Source of the DNA: Microgenomates group bacterium | GTDB lineage: Bacteria > Patescibacteriota > Microgenomatia > Daviesbacterales > UBA10151 | Length of the DNA stretch: 64,000 nt | Assembly (NCBI GenBank): GCA_041659805.1 | Contig: JBAZXP010000001.1 | Location: 512,589 to 576,588, forward strand | Reading direction: 5' to 3' | Part shown: positions 10,405 to 20,179 of the stretch, piece by piece | Numbering within the stretch: the first letter of the stretch is position 1 | Layout: every line of letters begins with the position of its first letter | The notes under the pieces: model-generated | What the model was told of the DNA's origin: nothing | The model's input: the letters and a program-made list of their open reading frames with translations, nothing else | Databases searched by the model: none | Program-made: the position numbers and the translations under genes

Positions 10405-11994
10405 ATGACTAAGAAAATTAAAATAATTTTTTTTGTAATCATTGTCCTGGCAGCAGTTTTAAGAATATATAAACTTGATTCAATTCCACCTGCACTAAAT
10501 TGGGATGAAATTGATGCAGGATATAACGCATATACAATTGCAAATTGGGGACGTGACGAATGGGGGCAATCATTTCCTCTTGTTTTTACTTCGTTTAAGG
10601 ATGACAAACACCCTGTGCATATATACTTTGCTGCAATAAGTGTAAAACTATTGGGTTTGAATGATTTTTCAACAAGATTGCCGGCAGCTTTATTTGGAGT
10701 TTTTTGTGTTGCGGCGATGTTCTTTTTGGCAAGATTATGGTTTAAATCAGATTTAGTAGCTATTTTTGCAGCACTGTTTTTAGCAATTTCGCCTTATAAT
10801 ATACAATTTTCGAGAGGTCTTTGGGAGACAAATTTCGCACTATTTTTCTTTTTGATGGGTTTTATATTTTTTTATAAGTCAATAAACAGAAATGTCAAAT
10901 TTCTTATATTGTCTATAGTAAGTTTTTTTATAAGCATATTGTCATACCATTCTCCTGTTGTTGTAGTTCCCCCGATTATGTTGTTGCTAATCCTTCTTTA
11001 TTTCCGGGAAATAATTAAAATTAAACATCTGTTTGTTGGAATAATAGTGTTGGCATTACTCACATTAATATTAGTTTTAAATCCGCGAATATTAGGACTT
11101 GCCAGGATTAAACAAACAAAATTCGGAGATGATCTGTTGAGAAAAACACAGATGTACCAACTTACTAAAAATAATAATCTCGCTGCCCTTGAGATTGCTT
11201 TAAGTCAGTATCCGGTTCATTATACTTCTGAGTATCTGTTTGAAAAAGGTGATCAAAGTGCCAGAAACTCAGTTAAAGTTTTCGGGGAGTTTTATAAAAT
11301 AGACGCAATATTTATGTTGATTGGGTTTGCTGCCTTAGTTTTTTTAAGATCCAGAGTAACTCTTATTTTATTTGCCTGGATTTTACTGGCACCTTTGCCG
11401 TCTGCTTTAGTGATGAATCCGCCGAACGCAACAAGAGCTCTATTTATGATGGGGTCTTTGCATATGTTATCTGCTTTAGGTGCTGCAACAATTATAAAAC
11501 TAATACCTTTAAAGCCTTTAAAAATTATTTCAATAGTAGCTATTTTATTAATTTTAGGATCTTTCAGTAAAAATTACTTAGATTATTATTTCAATGTTTA
11601 CCCGAGTAAGGAATCTATTGATTGGCAATATGGAATGAAACAGATTGTTGAATATGTTAAGGACCACAATGGATATTCTCAAATTTATGTGACAGATATC
11701 AGATCCCAACCTTATATCTTTTTTCTTTATTATCTCAAAACACCTCTATCCGAATTTTTAGATACAGCATCTTATAATAACGGTAAAATGAAGGACACCA
11801 GTTTGGTATCATTTTATGATAAATATTACTTCGGGGAATGGGACCCGATTGAAAGTATGCCTAATCCGGGAGTTTTATATGCAGTTACAGCAAGTCAGTA
11901 TGACGGTTTAAGATATAAAAGTGTATTTGACGTTAAAAAACGTATAAAATATCTGGATGGAAGAGATGCGTTCTTTTTAGTAAGCTATCCATGA
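10405..11994 (+). CDS. GT-C membrane glycosyltransferase (PMT/ArnT-like)
   Basis: PPALNWDEIDAGYNAYTIANWGRDEWG, FKDDKHP, LAISPYNIQFSRGLWETN, WQYG and QPYIFFLYY. Confidence 0.88.
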   Translation: MTKKIKIIFFVIIVLAAVLRIYKLDSIPPALNWDEIDAGYNAYTIANWGRDEWGQSFPLVFTSFKDDKHPVHIYFAAISVKLLGLNDFSTRLPAALFGVFCVAAMFFLARLWFKSDLVAIFAALFLAISPYNIQFSRGLWETNFALFFFLMGFIFFYKSINRNVKFLILSIVSFFISILSYHSPVVVVPPIMLLLILLYFREIIKIKHLFVGIIVLALLTLILVLNPRILGLARIKQTKFGDDLLRKTQMYQLTKNNNLAALEIALSQYPVHYTSEYLFEKGDQSARNSVKVFGEFYKIDAIFMLIGFAALVFLRSRVTLILFAWILLAPLPSALVMNPPNATRALFMMGSLHMLSALGAATIIKLIPLKPLKIISIVAILLILGSFSKNYLDYYFNVYPSKESIDWQYGMKQIVEYVKDHNGYSQIYVTDIRSQPYIFFLYYLKTPLSEFLDTASYNNGKMKDTSLVSFYDKYYFGEWDPIESMPNPGVLYAVTASQYDGLRYKSVFDVKKRIKYLDGRDAFFLVSYP

Positions 11995-12857
11995 ATAATA
12001 AATTAACAGTTGTGCTGGCTACCTATAACGAAGAAAAAAATATTAAAGGATGTTTAGATTCAATAAAGTATATCACTGATGAAATTGTTATTGTTGACGG
12101 GTCTTCAACTGATAAAACAGTTGATATTGCAAAATCATATAATGCAAAAGTTGTTATAACTGATAATCCCAAAATTTTTCATATTAATAAACAAAAAGCA
12201 ATTGATATCGCGAGCAATGAATGGATTTTACAGCTTGATGCTGATGAAAGAGTGTCGCCGAAGCTTGCTGAAGAGATAAAGAAGATTATTTCTATGGATG
12301 AAAGTGGGATTGAAGCATATGAAAAAAAGTTACCAAATAGAAATCTTTTTTTACGGCACCAAAAGTTGGTTGAAGAAAGAGATGGGACAATAGGAGAAAA
12401 AAGTGGCGCATATAATGCTTTTTATTTTCCCAGACTTAATTATTTTTTAGGCAAATATTTGAGATACGGAGGTGTTTATCCGGACGGGGTAATCCGTTTA
12501 ATTAGAAAAGGAAAAGCATATCTACCCTGTAAAAGCGTTCATGAACAAATGGTTGTGAGCGGAAGGGTTGGCTGGCTCCAGCATGATTTATTGCATATGG
12601 CTGATACAACATTTGAAAGATATTTGCAAAGAAACAGCCGTTATATAGATCTTATCCGGGATGAGCTGAAAAGAGATAAAGTAGGTAAAAATATTATTCA
12701 AATGATTAATTATTTTATTTTAAAGCCTGTTTATTGGTATTTTTTAACTCAAATACGACACAAAGGTGTTTTAGATGGTTTTCAGGGAATAGTTTTTTCT
12801 TTTTTTTCTGCATTAAGATTTCCCAGGGCTTATTATAGATATATAACACAATTATGA
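11991..12857 (+). CDS. GT2 glycosyltransferase (WaaE-like)
   Basis: VVLATYNEE, VDGSSTD, LDADER, GGVYPD, SVHE and GVLDGFQG. Confidence 0.9.
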   Translation: MNNKLTVVLATYNEEKNIKGCLDSIKYITDEIVIVDGSSTDKTVDIAKSYNAKVVITDNPKIFHINKQKAIDIASNEWILQLDADERVSPKLAEEIKKIISMDESGIEAYEKKLPNRNLFLRHQKLVEERDGTIGEKSGAYNAFYFPRLNYFLGKYLRYGGVYPDGVIRLIRKGKAYLPCKSVHEQMVVSGRVGWLQHDLLHMADTTFERYLQRNSRYIDLIRDELKRDKVGKNIIQMINYFILKPVYWYFLTQIRHKGVLDGFQGIVFSFFSALRFPRAYYRYITQL

Positions 12858-13891
12858 AAATAGGTTTTTGCGTCTCAGCACTTTCAAGCGGACATAATAT
12901 AAGAGGAATAGGCGTTTATACGAAAAACCTTCTTGCAGCTCTAAAATCTAATGACGGGGTAGTCATTCAGGAATTTTCAGGTTCTGCGATTCCTAAAACT
13001 GACATAGTTCACTATCCTTTTTTTGATTTATTCAAAAAGTCGTTACCGATTCGAAAAGATGTTCCGACTGTTGTTACAATTCATGACGTTATACCTTTGG
13101 CATATTCTGAATTTTACCCTGCCGGGACTAGGGGTTTTGTAAATTTGTATTTACAGAAATTGTCTTTAAAAAACGTATCAGCGGTAATAACGGATTCTAA
13201 AGCTTCTAAGGAAGATATAATTAAATACCTGAAATTTCCTGCCTCAAAAATTTACACAATTCCGTTGGCCCCTGCAGATTATTTTCACAAGATAGATGAC
13301 AAGGATAAACTAAAAACGATAAGGCAAAAATTTAATCTGCCTGAAAAATTTGCTCTTTTTACAGGTAATGTTAATTGGAATAAAAATTTAGTTAATCTTA
13401 CTGCTGCTGCAATAAAAGCGGATATTGATGTTGTTTTAATCGGTAAGGGTTTTGAAGAAAAAGAGAATTTGGATCATCCGGAGCTTAGAAGCTTTAAGGA
13501 ATTTCTGAATAAATTTTCTACTAATTCGAAGGTTCATATTTTAGGGTTTGTTGAGGTTGGGGACTTAGTTGGTATAACTAATATGGCAACAATGGCATTA
13601 TTCCCGTCAAACGCAGAAGGGTTCGGTTTGCCTATCCTGGAGGCTCAAATTTGTGGTACGCCTGTTATTACATCAAATATTTCTTCTATGCCCGAAGTTG
13701 CCGGTAGAGGTGCTTTATTGGTTGATCCGAATTCGGTTGAAAGTATTTCACGGGCAATTTCAAGAATATTAACTAAGAAAGATCTTAGAGAAGAGTTGAT
13801 CAAAGAAGGGTTAAAGAACGTAAAAAGATTTTCCTGGAAAAAAACTGCCCAAGAAACTATTCAAGTATATGATAAAGTCCTACATTCCTAA
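12854..13891 (+). CDS. GT4 glycosyltransferase (mannosyltransferase MtfB-like)
   Basis: RGIGVY, VVTIHD and EGFGLPILEAQICGTPVITSNISSMPEVAG. Confidence 0.92.
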   Translation: MKIGFCVSALSSGHNIRGIGVYTKNLLAALKSNDGVVIQEFSGSAIPKTDIVHYPFFDLFKKSLPIRKDVPTVVTIHDVIPLAYSEFYPAGTRGFVNLYLQKLSLKNVSAVITDSKASKEDIIKYLKFPASKIYTIPLAPADYFHKIDDKDKLKTIRQKFNLPEKFALFTGNVNWNKNLVNLTAAAIKADIDVVLIGKGFEEKENLDHPELRSFKEFLNKFSTNSKVHILGFVEVGDLVGITNMATMALFPSNAEGFGLPILEAQICGTPVITSNISSMPEVAGRGALLVDPNSVESISRAISRILTKKDLREELIKEGLKNVKRFSWKKTAQETIQVYDKVLHS

Positions 13892-15008
13892 AATTATTCT
13901 TATTTTTGCCTTTTGGAGAATTGCACTTTTTGTCGTTGCATTTTTGGCGCTTTTTGCATTTCCGGTTTTCGGTAACAGATTTCCTTATTGGGATATGTTA
14001 CTTTCAACAACCGGTCTTCCATCATGGATCTGGGGTTTTGGAAGTTTTGATGGTGTGCACTACCTTCGGATTGTAACAATGGGATATGAGTCATCACAAT
14101 ATTCACAAGCTTTTTTCCCGCTCTTTCCGTTATTTATAAAGATGGTGACTTTATATAGCGGAAATTTTTTAGTTGGGTTAATATTCACAAATTTGGTTTT
14201 TTTGATGGCTTTAATCGTTTTCTATAAATTGGTTGAGTTGGATTATAATCACAAGACTGCTTTACTTTCTATAATTTTGCTATTAGTTTTTCCAACTTCT
14301 TTTTATTTCGGATCTTTATATTCAGAATCTTTATTTTTATTTTTTACTGTCTCAACTGTTTATCTTTTACGCAAAAAGAACTATTTAGCTGCAGGAGTTT
14401 ATGGTTTGCTTGCTTGTAGCACCCGGATTATTGGACTATGGCTAATACCTTTATTTTTAACAGAAATCTTTTTTGAGTATAAGGGTACAAAGGTTGATAA
14501 GGGTACATCTACTAAAATAATCTTCGGATTATTTCTTATTCCCCTTGGTGTTTTTCTATACATGCTTTATTTAGGTTTTAATTTTAATGATCCGATTTTA
14601 TTTTTGAGTTCACAGCCTGCTTTCGGAGCCCAAAGAAGTAGCTTCATTGTAACGACTCCGCAGGTATTTTTTAGATATATAAAAATACTGCTTACAGTAC
14701 CCGTAAATTCCACTCTGTTTTTTAATGGTTTTCTGGAGTTTTGTTTTACCTTAATTTCTCTTATTTTTTTAATTATTGCATATGGAAAAACAAGGCTTAG
14801 CTATTGGGTATTTTCTTTCGGTTGTTGGCTAACACCTACTCTAACAGGTACTTTTTCTTCGATGCCCAGATATATTTTAATGATGTTTCTTTTATTACCC
14901 TTGATTGCAAAAATTAACAGTAAGTACTTTATTTTACTTGTAACATTGTTTATTATTCTAGGCATGTTACTAACAGCTTTATTTACCAGAGGATATTGGG
15001 TTGCATGA
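13869..15008 (+). CDS. GT-C mannosyltransferase, PIG-V/GT76-like
   Basis: FDGVHYLRIVTMGY, AFFPLFP, FPTSFYFGSLYSESLFL and SMPRY are typical PIG-V-like motifs. The protein is polytopic. Confidence 0.85.
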   Translation: MIKSYIPKIILIFAFWRIALFVVAFLALFAFPVFGNRFPYWDMLLSTTGLPSWIWGFGSFDGVHYLRIVTMGYESSQYSQAFFPLFPLFIKMVTLYSGNFLVGLIFTNLVFLMALIVFYKLVELDYNHKTALLSIILLLVFPTSFYFGSLYSESLFLFFTVSTVYLLRKKNYLAAGVYGLLACSTRIIGLWLIPLFLTEIFFEYKGTKVDKGTSTKIIFGLFLIPLGVFLYMLYLGFNFNDPILFLSSQPAFGAQRSSFIVTTPQVFFRYIKILLTVPVNSTLFFNGFLEFCFTLISLIFLIIAYGKTRLSYWVFSFGCWLTPTLTGTFSSMPRYILMMFLLLPLIAKINSKYFILLVTLFIILGMLLTALFTRGYWVA

Positions 15009-15664
15009 AGCTCGCCATCGTAGTTCCCGCATATAATGAGGAAAGCAGGATTGGCTCTGTGCTGCAGGATCTTATAAAAACGAAAATCCCCATTATTGTA
15101 ATTGACGACGGTTCGAGTGATAACACTTATAAAATTGTTCAAAGCAACAAGGTCATTCCTTTAAAACATAAAATTAATTTGGGCAAAGGCGCAGCTTTAA
15201 AAACCGGTTGTGAGGCAGCTTTTTCCTTGGGGGTGGAGGGCGTTATTATTATGGATTCGGATGGTCAGCATAGAGTAGGCGATCTCGATAAATTCGTCGC
15301 TGCACTTGAAACAGGAAATTATGATGTAGTATTCGGATCAAGAAATCTAAGTTTTGGAGTTCCGTTTATGCGGTTTGTAGGTAATAAATTTGCGTCTGTG
15401 CTAGTATCTTTTCTTTTTGGAATTTATGTGTCAGACTTGATCTGTGGCTACCGGGCTTTTACCAAAAAGGGCTATGATAACCTTAAGTGGCAATCGTCCG
15501 GATATGGAGTGGAGACAGAAATGGTTGTAAGGACCGGAAAACTAAAATTAAGATTTTGCGAAGTACCTGTGGAGACAATATATTTTGATAAATTTAAAGG
15601 GGTCACAATACTTGATGCGGTAGGTATTTTATTTAGTGTTTTGAAATGGAGAATTTATAAATGA
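15005..15664 (+). CDS. Polyprenyl-phosphate sugar synthase (DPM1-like GT2)
   Basis: VVPAYNEE, IDDGSSD, NLGKGAAL, MDSDGQH, VFGSR and SDLICGYRAF. The start is moved to ATG 15005, giving an ATGA overlap with the upstream stop. Confidence 0.88.
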   Translation: MKLAIVVPAYNEESRIGSVLQDLIKTKIPIIVIDDGSSDNTYKIVQSNKVIPLKHKINLGKGAALKTGCEAAFSLGVEGVIIMDSDGQHRVGDLDKFVAALETGNYDVVFGSRNLSFGVPFMRFVGNKFASVLVSFLFGIYVSDLICGYRAFTKKGYDNLKWQSSGYGVETEMVVRTGKLKLRFCEVPVETIYFDKFKGVTILDAVGILFSVLKWRIYK

Positions 15665-16005
15665 TAATTGCACTACAACTAACAGCAATAGTCTTTGCGT
15701 TAATAATGATTTATTTTGCTTATTTGCATTTTTCCCGCGGAGAATTAAACGGCATTGAGATTTTGTCTTGGGTGGTTATATGGATGGTGACAATAGTAAT
15801 AGTTGTCTTCCCGGAATTACTGGCTGCTTTTGCAAAAACTTTTGCAATTTCAAGGGTGTTTGATTTGATGGTTATAGGAGGGTTTATTATGGTTATCTCT
15901 GTTGTTTATATTGCGTATGTTAGGACTAAGAGATTAGAAAAAAAGATTGAAGATTACGTGAGAGAGGAAAGCTTAAATAAAATAAGGAAAAATAGAAAAA
16001 AATAG
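15661..16005 (+). CDS. Small membrane protein, DUF2304-like
   Basis: 114 aa with 3 TM segments, VFPEL...ISRVFDL and a charged coiled tail (RLEKKIEDYVREE). It sits directly after a DPM1-like gene, the usual context for this family. Confidence 0.75.
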   Translation: MIIALQLTAIVFALIMIYFAYLHFSRGELNGIEILSWVVIWMVTIVIVVFPELLAAFAKTFAISRVFDLMVIGGFIMVISVVYIAYVRTKRLEKKIEDYVREESLNKIRKNRKK

Positions 16006-16060
16006 TATAAGCGTCTGTTCTTTTTTGCCAAATTACTATTCTCACAATTTAAATGAACAT

Positions 16061-17062
16061 ATGAAAATATTGATAACAGGAGCGGCAGGATTTATAGGTA
16101 GCCACTTAGTTGATTTATTACTAGCTGAGGGGGTTGGTGCCAAAGATTTAAGATTGATTATTCCTAAGGGTGAGTCCCTAAATAATTTAGCAAAAGTTCC
16201 GTTTGAAATTATTCGAGGAGACATTCGTGATAAAAAATCTGTGGCGAAGGCAATGAAAGGCGTTGATGTTGTTTACCATTTAGCGGCAAAAATAGACTTT
16301 GATGGTAAAACATATCATGAGTACGGGGAAATAAACGTCGACGGTACACAGAATTTACTCGATGCCTGTAAAGGGAAAAAGATCCGGAAATTTATTTTCT
16401 TTTCCAGTATTGGGGTATTTGGTCTTCCTGCAGGGATCGGAGATATTATTAATTGGGATGAAAATCACCCTAAGACATACACTAATTTCTATGGCAAATC
16501 TAAGTGGGAGGGTGAGAAGAGGGTTATGAAAGCACATGATAAATGGGGTTTGCCTTATGCAATTATAAGACCTGCAAGTGTCTATGGACCCAGAGAAAAG
16601 GGTCCGACATATGGTATGTATCAGGCAATAAAAAAACATCAATTTTTGATGATAGGGAATGGAAAAAATAAAATGCATTATGTTTTTGTTGGAGATTTAG
16701 TGAAAGCCGCCCGCTTGGCAGAGTTAAGCCGTAAGATAAAAGGTGATTACATAATTGGAGGTCCGAGTGCCGATAAATTTATTGATATCGCCGATTCAAT
16801 TGCTGCAAGTATAGATATGAAAATCCCGAGGTTTTACTTACCGAAAAAATTAGCATTAGTACTTAGTTACTTAATGGAACTTGCAGGGAAAATGGTCGGC
16901 ATTAAGCCGCCGCTTTTTCCGTCACGTGTCAGAACCATGACAACTACTTACTTTTATAATATCAATAAAGCTAAAAAAGAATTGGGTTATAATCCTCAGA
17001 TAGATTTTAAAAAAGGATCTACCGTAACAGGCCGGTGGTATATGCAAAATAACTTATTATGA
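16061..17062 (+). CDS. NAD-dependent epimerase/dehydratase (extended SDR)
   Basis: MKILITGAAGFIGS, HLAA, YGKSK catalytic motif and RPASVYGP. ATG 16061 is preferred over TTG 16025. Confidence 0.88.
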   Translation: MKILITGAAGFIGSHLVDLLLAEGVGAKDLRLIIPKGESLNNLAKVPFEIIRGDIRDKKSVAKAMKGVDVVYHLAAKIDFDGKTYHEYGEINVDGTQNLLDACKGKKIRKFIFFSSIGVFGLPAGIGDIINWDENHPKTYTNFYGKSKWEGEKRVMKAHDKWGLPYAIIRPASVYGPREKGPTYGMYQAIKKHQFLMIGNGKNKMHYVFVGDLVKAARLAELSRKIKGDYIIGGPSADKFIDIADSIAASIDMKIPRFYLPKKLALVLSYLMELAGKMVGIKPPLFPSRVRTMTTTYFYNINKAKKELGYNPQIDFKKGSTVTGRWYMQNNLL

Positions 17063-18099
17063 AGCTTCCTTTAATTTCAGTAATAATTGTGACTTTTAAC
17101 TCAACTGATTATCTTGCAAAATGTTTAAGTTCACTTATGAAAGCTAAATATCCTAATTTAGAAATTATTGTTGTAGATAATAATTCCACTGATAATACAA
17201 TTAAATTTATAAAATCATTAAAACAAAACATAATTCCTATATTTTCTGATAAAAATTTAGGTTATGCAGGTGGTAATAATTTAGGGATAAATCAAGCCAA
17301 AGGGGAATTTGTTTTTTTGCTAAATCCTGATACTTTAGTTGATAAGAATATTTTTTCTTTCTTGATAGAGCCTTTTTTGTCTGATTCTAAAGTTGCCGTA
17401 AGTCAGCCGGCAATATACTTAATGAAAGATTCTGATCGTTTGAACTTAACCGGTAAAGTCACTCATTATTTAGGGTTCGATTGGGTGAGAGATTACGGGA
17501 AGAAGAATTCACCTGAAATGGGTGAGATAATGTCGTTTAGCGGCTGTGGAGTAATGATCAGGAAAAGTATCTTGGAAAGAACAAAAGCATTCGATTCAAA
17601 CTATTTTATGTACTATGAAGACAGTGATCTTTCATGGAGGCTGCGTCTATTTGGATACAAGTTAATATTTGTGCCATATGCAGTTATGTTCCATGATTAC
17701 AAATATATTCCCGTTGAAAGTTACCAGCCTTTAAAAAATAAGCTTTTTTATAATGAAAGGAATAGGCTTATTACCGTGTATAAAAATTATAGTATGGCGA
17801 CTCTTCTTTTAATTTTTCCTGCCGTATTAATCATTGAAATTTGTATGTTATTTTTTTCTTTAATAGGTGGATGGTTTGAAGAAAAGATAAAAGGTTATGC
17901 CTCTATTGTTAAACTTAGCAGCTCATTACATCAAAACAGAGTTTTTGTCCAAAAAAATAGAATATTATCCGATAAACAGGTAACTGCTATTTTTGCGAGT
18001 ACTTTAAACAGCAAAATATATGATAATTTGGGAGTAAAATATATTATTAATCCTTTTTTGTTTTGTTACTGGAGAATTATTAAAAATTTAATTAATTAA
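17059..18099 (+). CDS. GT2 glycosyltransferase
   Basis: VVDNNSTD, NLGYAGGNN, LNPD, YFMYYEDSDLSWR and YNERNR. Confidence 0.9.
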   Translation: MKLPLISVIIVTFNSTDYLAKCLSSLMKAKYPNLEIIVVDNNSTDNTIKFIKSLKQNIIPIFSDKNLGYAGGNNLGINQAKGEFVFLLNPDTLVDKNIFSFLIEPFLSDSKVAVSQPAIYLMKDSDRLNLTGKVTHYLGFDWVRDYGKKNSPEMGEIMSFSGCGVMIRKSILERTKAFDSNYFMYYEDSDLSWRLRLFGYKLIFVPYAVMFHDYKYIPVESYQPLKNKLFYNERNRLITVYKNYSMATLLLIFPAVLIIEICMLFFSLIGGWFEEKIKGYASIVKLSSSLHQNRVFVQKNRILSDKQVTAIFASTLNSKIYDNLGVKYIINPFLFCYWRIIKNLIN

Positions 18100-18101
18100 A
18101 A

Positions 18102-18998
18102 ATGAAAAAAATAGCTATAACAGGTTTGAGCGGAGCAATAGGAACCAGATTTATGAAAAATCTTCCTGTGGGTTTTGAATTTTATGACCTTTATCACACC
18201 CATAAGGCATCTTCTGAACAAGTAATAAATAAGCACATAGAGTTGTTGGATCCGAAAAATATTCTTAAATGTTTAGAAGAAGTAAGTCCAGATATGATCA
18301 TACATATGGCAGCTATAACTCATATAGATAGATGTGAGGAGGACAGGAAATACGGAAAAGAAGGTAGTGTTTGGAAAGTTAATGTAGGCGCATCAGATGC
18401 AATATCCAAATATTGTAAAAAAAATCATACGAAACTGATATTCTTATCGACTGAATGTGTTTTTGACGGAGAGGAACCATTATATGAAGAAAAATCTTCA
18501 AAAAATCCTAAAAACTGGTATGGTAGAACTAAAAGTGAAGCCGAGGATATTATTAGAACTAATTTCCCGGAGGCATCAATTATTAGAGCAGTGATAGCTT
18601 ATCATGAAAATGACCTTGAAAAAACCTTATTCGGGAAATTATTGCAATCACTTAAAGATAAAAAGAGTTTTGGTGCAGTAACAGATCAAATAATTACCCC
18701 AACATATACAGATGATATTATCAAATCCATATCCTTATTAATTCAAAAGCCTCAATCAGGAATATTTCATATTTCTCCGGACTCTAAAACAACAATCTAT
18801 GATCTTGCATTTAAGTTGGCGAATAAATTTGGTTTTGATGATTCTTTAATTGTAGGGCAGACTTTGGAAGAGTATTTCGGAGAAGACAGAGCTAAATTAA
18901 GACTTAAAAATTCCTGCTTAAGGGGAGAGCAGACAAAATCTAAGTTAGGATTTGCTCCGTTAACGATAGATGATGTTTTGGATAAAATTAAGCTATGA
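18102..18998 (+). CDS. rmlD: RmlD-like NDP-4-keto-6-deoxyhexose reductase
   Basis: ITGLSGAIG, HMAAITHIDRCE, LSTECVFDG, NWYGRTK and DQIITPTY. Confidence 0.7.
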   Translation: MKKIAITGLSGAIGTRFMKNLPVGFEFYDLYHTHKASSEQVINKHIELLDPKNILKCLEEVSPDMIIHMAAITHIDRCEEDRKYGKEGSVWKVNVGASDAISKYCKKNHTKLIFLSTECVFDGEEPLYEEKSSKNPKNWYGRTKSEAEDIIRTNFPEASIIRAVIAYHENDLEKTLFGKLLQSLKDKKSFGAVTDQIITPTYTDDIIKSISLLIQKPQSGIFHISPDSKTTIYDLAFKLANKFGFDDSLIVGQTLEEYFGEDRAKLRLKNSCLRGEQTKSKLGFAPLTIDDVLDKIKL

Positions 18999-20179
18999 AA
19001 ATTTTGCAGATGGTTCCCTATTTCTATCCTGCCTGGGCTTATGGTGGCCCCGCTAAGCTGGTTTATGATACCAGTAAATATTTTGCCGAGTCAGGGCATG
19101 AAGTGACTGTTTATACTTCAGATTCTTACGACGAAAAGAAAAGAATGCCGAAGGAGAAGTATGTAACTGATGTAAAAGGTTTAAACGTGCGTTATTTCAG
19201 GAATATTAATAATAACTTAGCTTATGTTTATAATATATTTTTTACACCAGGTATATTTATTCAATCGCTTAAGGAGTTTAATAAGTTCGATGTAATACAT
19301 TTACATGATTTTTATACCCCTCAAAATGTTTGGATAAGCTTTTTGTCCGAAATATACAAAAAGCCTTATATTTTGAGTGTTCACGGATGTTTAGAGAAAC
19401 AACGGTTGGAGCAGAGAAGTTTATTTAAGCAGATTTTCTTAAAGCTTTTCGGAAAAATGCTATTAAATAATGCCTCCTTTTTAGTGGCAACATCCCTGAA
19501 TGAAATTGTTGCCTACCAGGAGTATGGTATACCGAAAGAAAAAATTGTATTTTTTGGTCATGGAGTAAACCCTGAAGAGTTTCAAACTGAAGTTAGCAAG
19601 TTGGTTGCGAGAAAAAATTTTGGATTAAACCGAAATGATTGCGTTGTTACATTTTTAGGTCGGATTCACCGTATTAAAGGATTAGATAATCTTGTTAAAG
19701 CTATAAGAAGAATAAAAAATCCTAAAATTCATTTTGTAATTGCAGGTTCAAATGATGGTTATTTGCCTCAGCTAAAAAAAGATATCCAAAAGTATAAATT
19801 ACAAAAGAAAATTACACTATGGGGAACATGTTTCGGAGAAGAAAAATCACAACTTTTTAAAGCCAGTGATATTTTTGTATACCCTTCATATTCAGAAGGA
19901 TTTTCATTAGGGATTTTAGAGGCAGCAGCATCAGGTTTGCCACTTGTTATTACATCCGGCTGCCATTTTGATGAGGTTGGTAAACAAAAAGCAGGTATTG
20001 TGGTTGATCCAGATGATGAACAAATAGCAAATGCAATTGAAAAGATAGCAGAGGATTATAAATTAAGGATTCAATTTGGAAAAAATGCTGAAAGATTAAT
20101 ATTTAATGACTTTTCTATGAAAGTAATCGGAGATAGGATTATAACTATCTATCAAAAGGCTGTTAAAATGAGTAGATAA
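18995..20179 (+). CDS. GT4 glycosyltransferase
   Basis: PAWAYGGP, FLGRIHRIKGLD and SEGFSLGILEAAASGLP. Confidence 0.92.
   Translation: MKILQMVPYFYPAWAYGGPAKLVYDTSKYFAESGHEVTVYTSDSYDEKKRMPKEKYVTDVKGLNVRYFRNINNNLAYVYNIFFTPGIFIQSLKEFNKFDVIHLHDFYTPQNVWISFLSEIYKKPYILSVHGCLEKQRLEQRSLFKQIFLKLFGKMLLNNASFLVATSLNEIVAYQEYGIPKEKIVFFGHGVNPEEFQTEVSKLVARKNFGLNRNDCVVTFLGRIHRIKGLDNLVKAIRRIKNPKIHFVIAGSNDGYLPQLKKDIQKYKLQKKITLWGTCFGEEKSQLFKASDIFVYPSYSEGFSLGILEAAASGLPLVITSGCHFDEVGKQKAGIVVDPDDEQIANAIEKIAEDYKLRIQFGKNAERLIFNDFSMKVIGDRIITIYQKAVKMSR

Noticed and set aside
7137-11994. Recent DNA-level tandem duplication or DGR-type repeats among the GT-C genes
   Set aside because: Similarity is confined to short protein motifs with divergent codons. 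There are no long nucleotide repeats and no reverse transcriptase.
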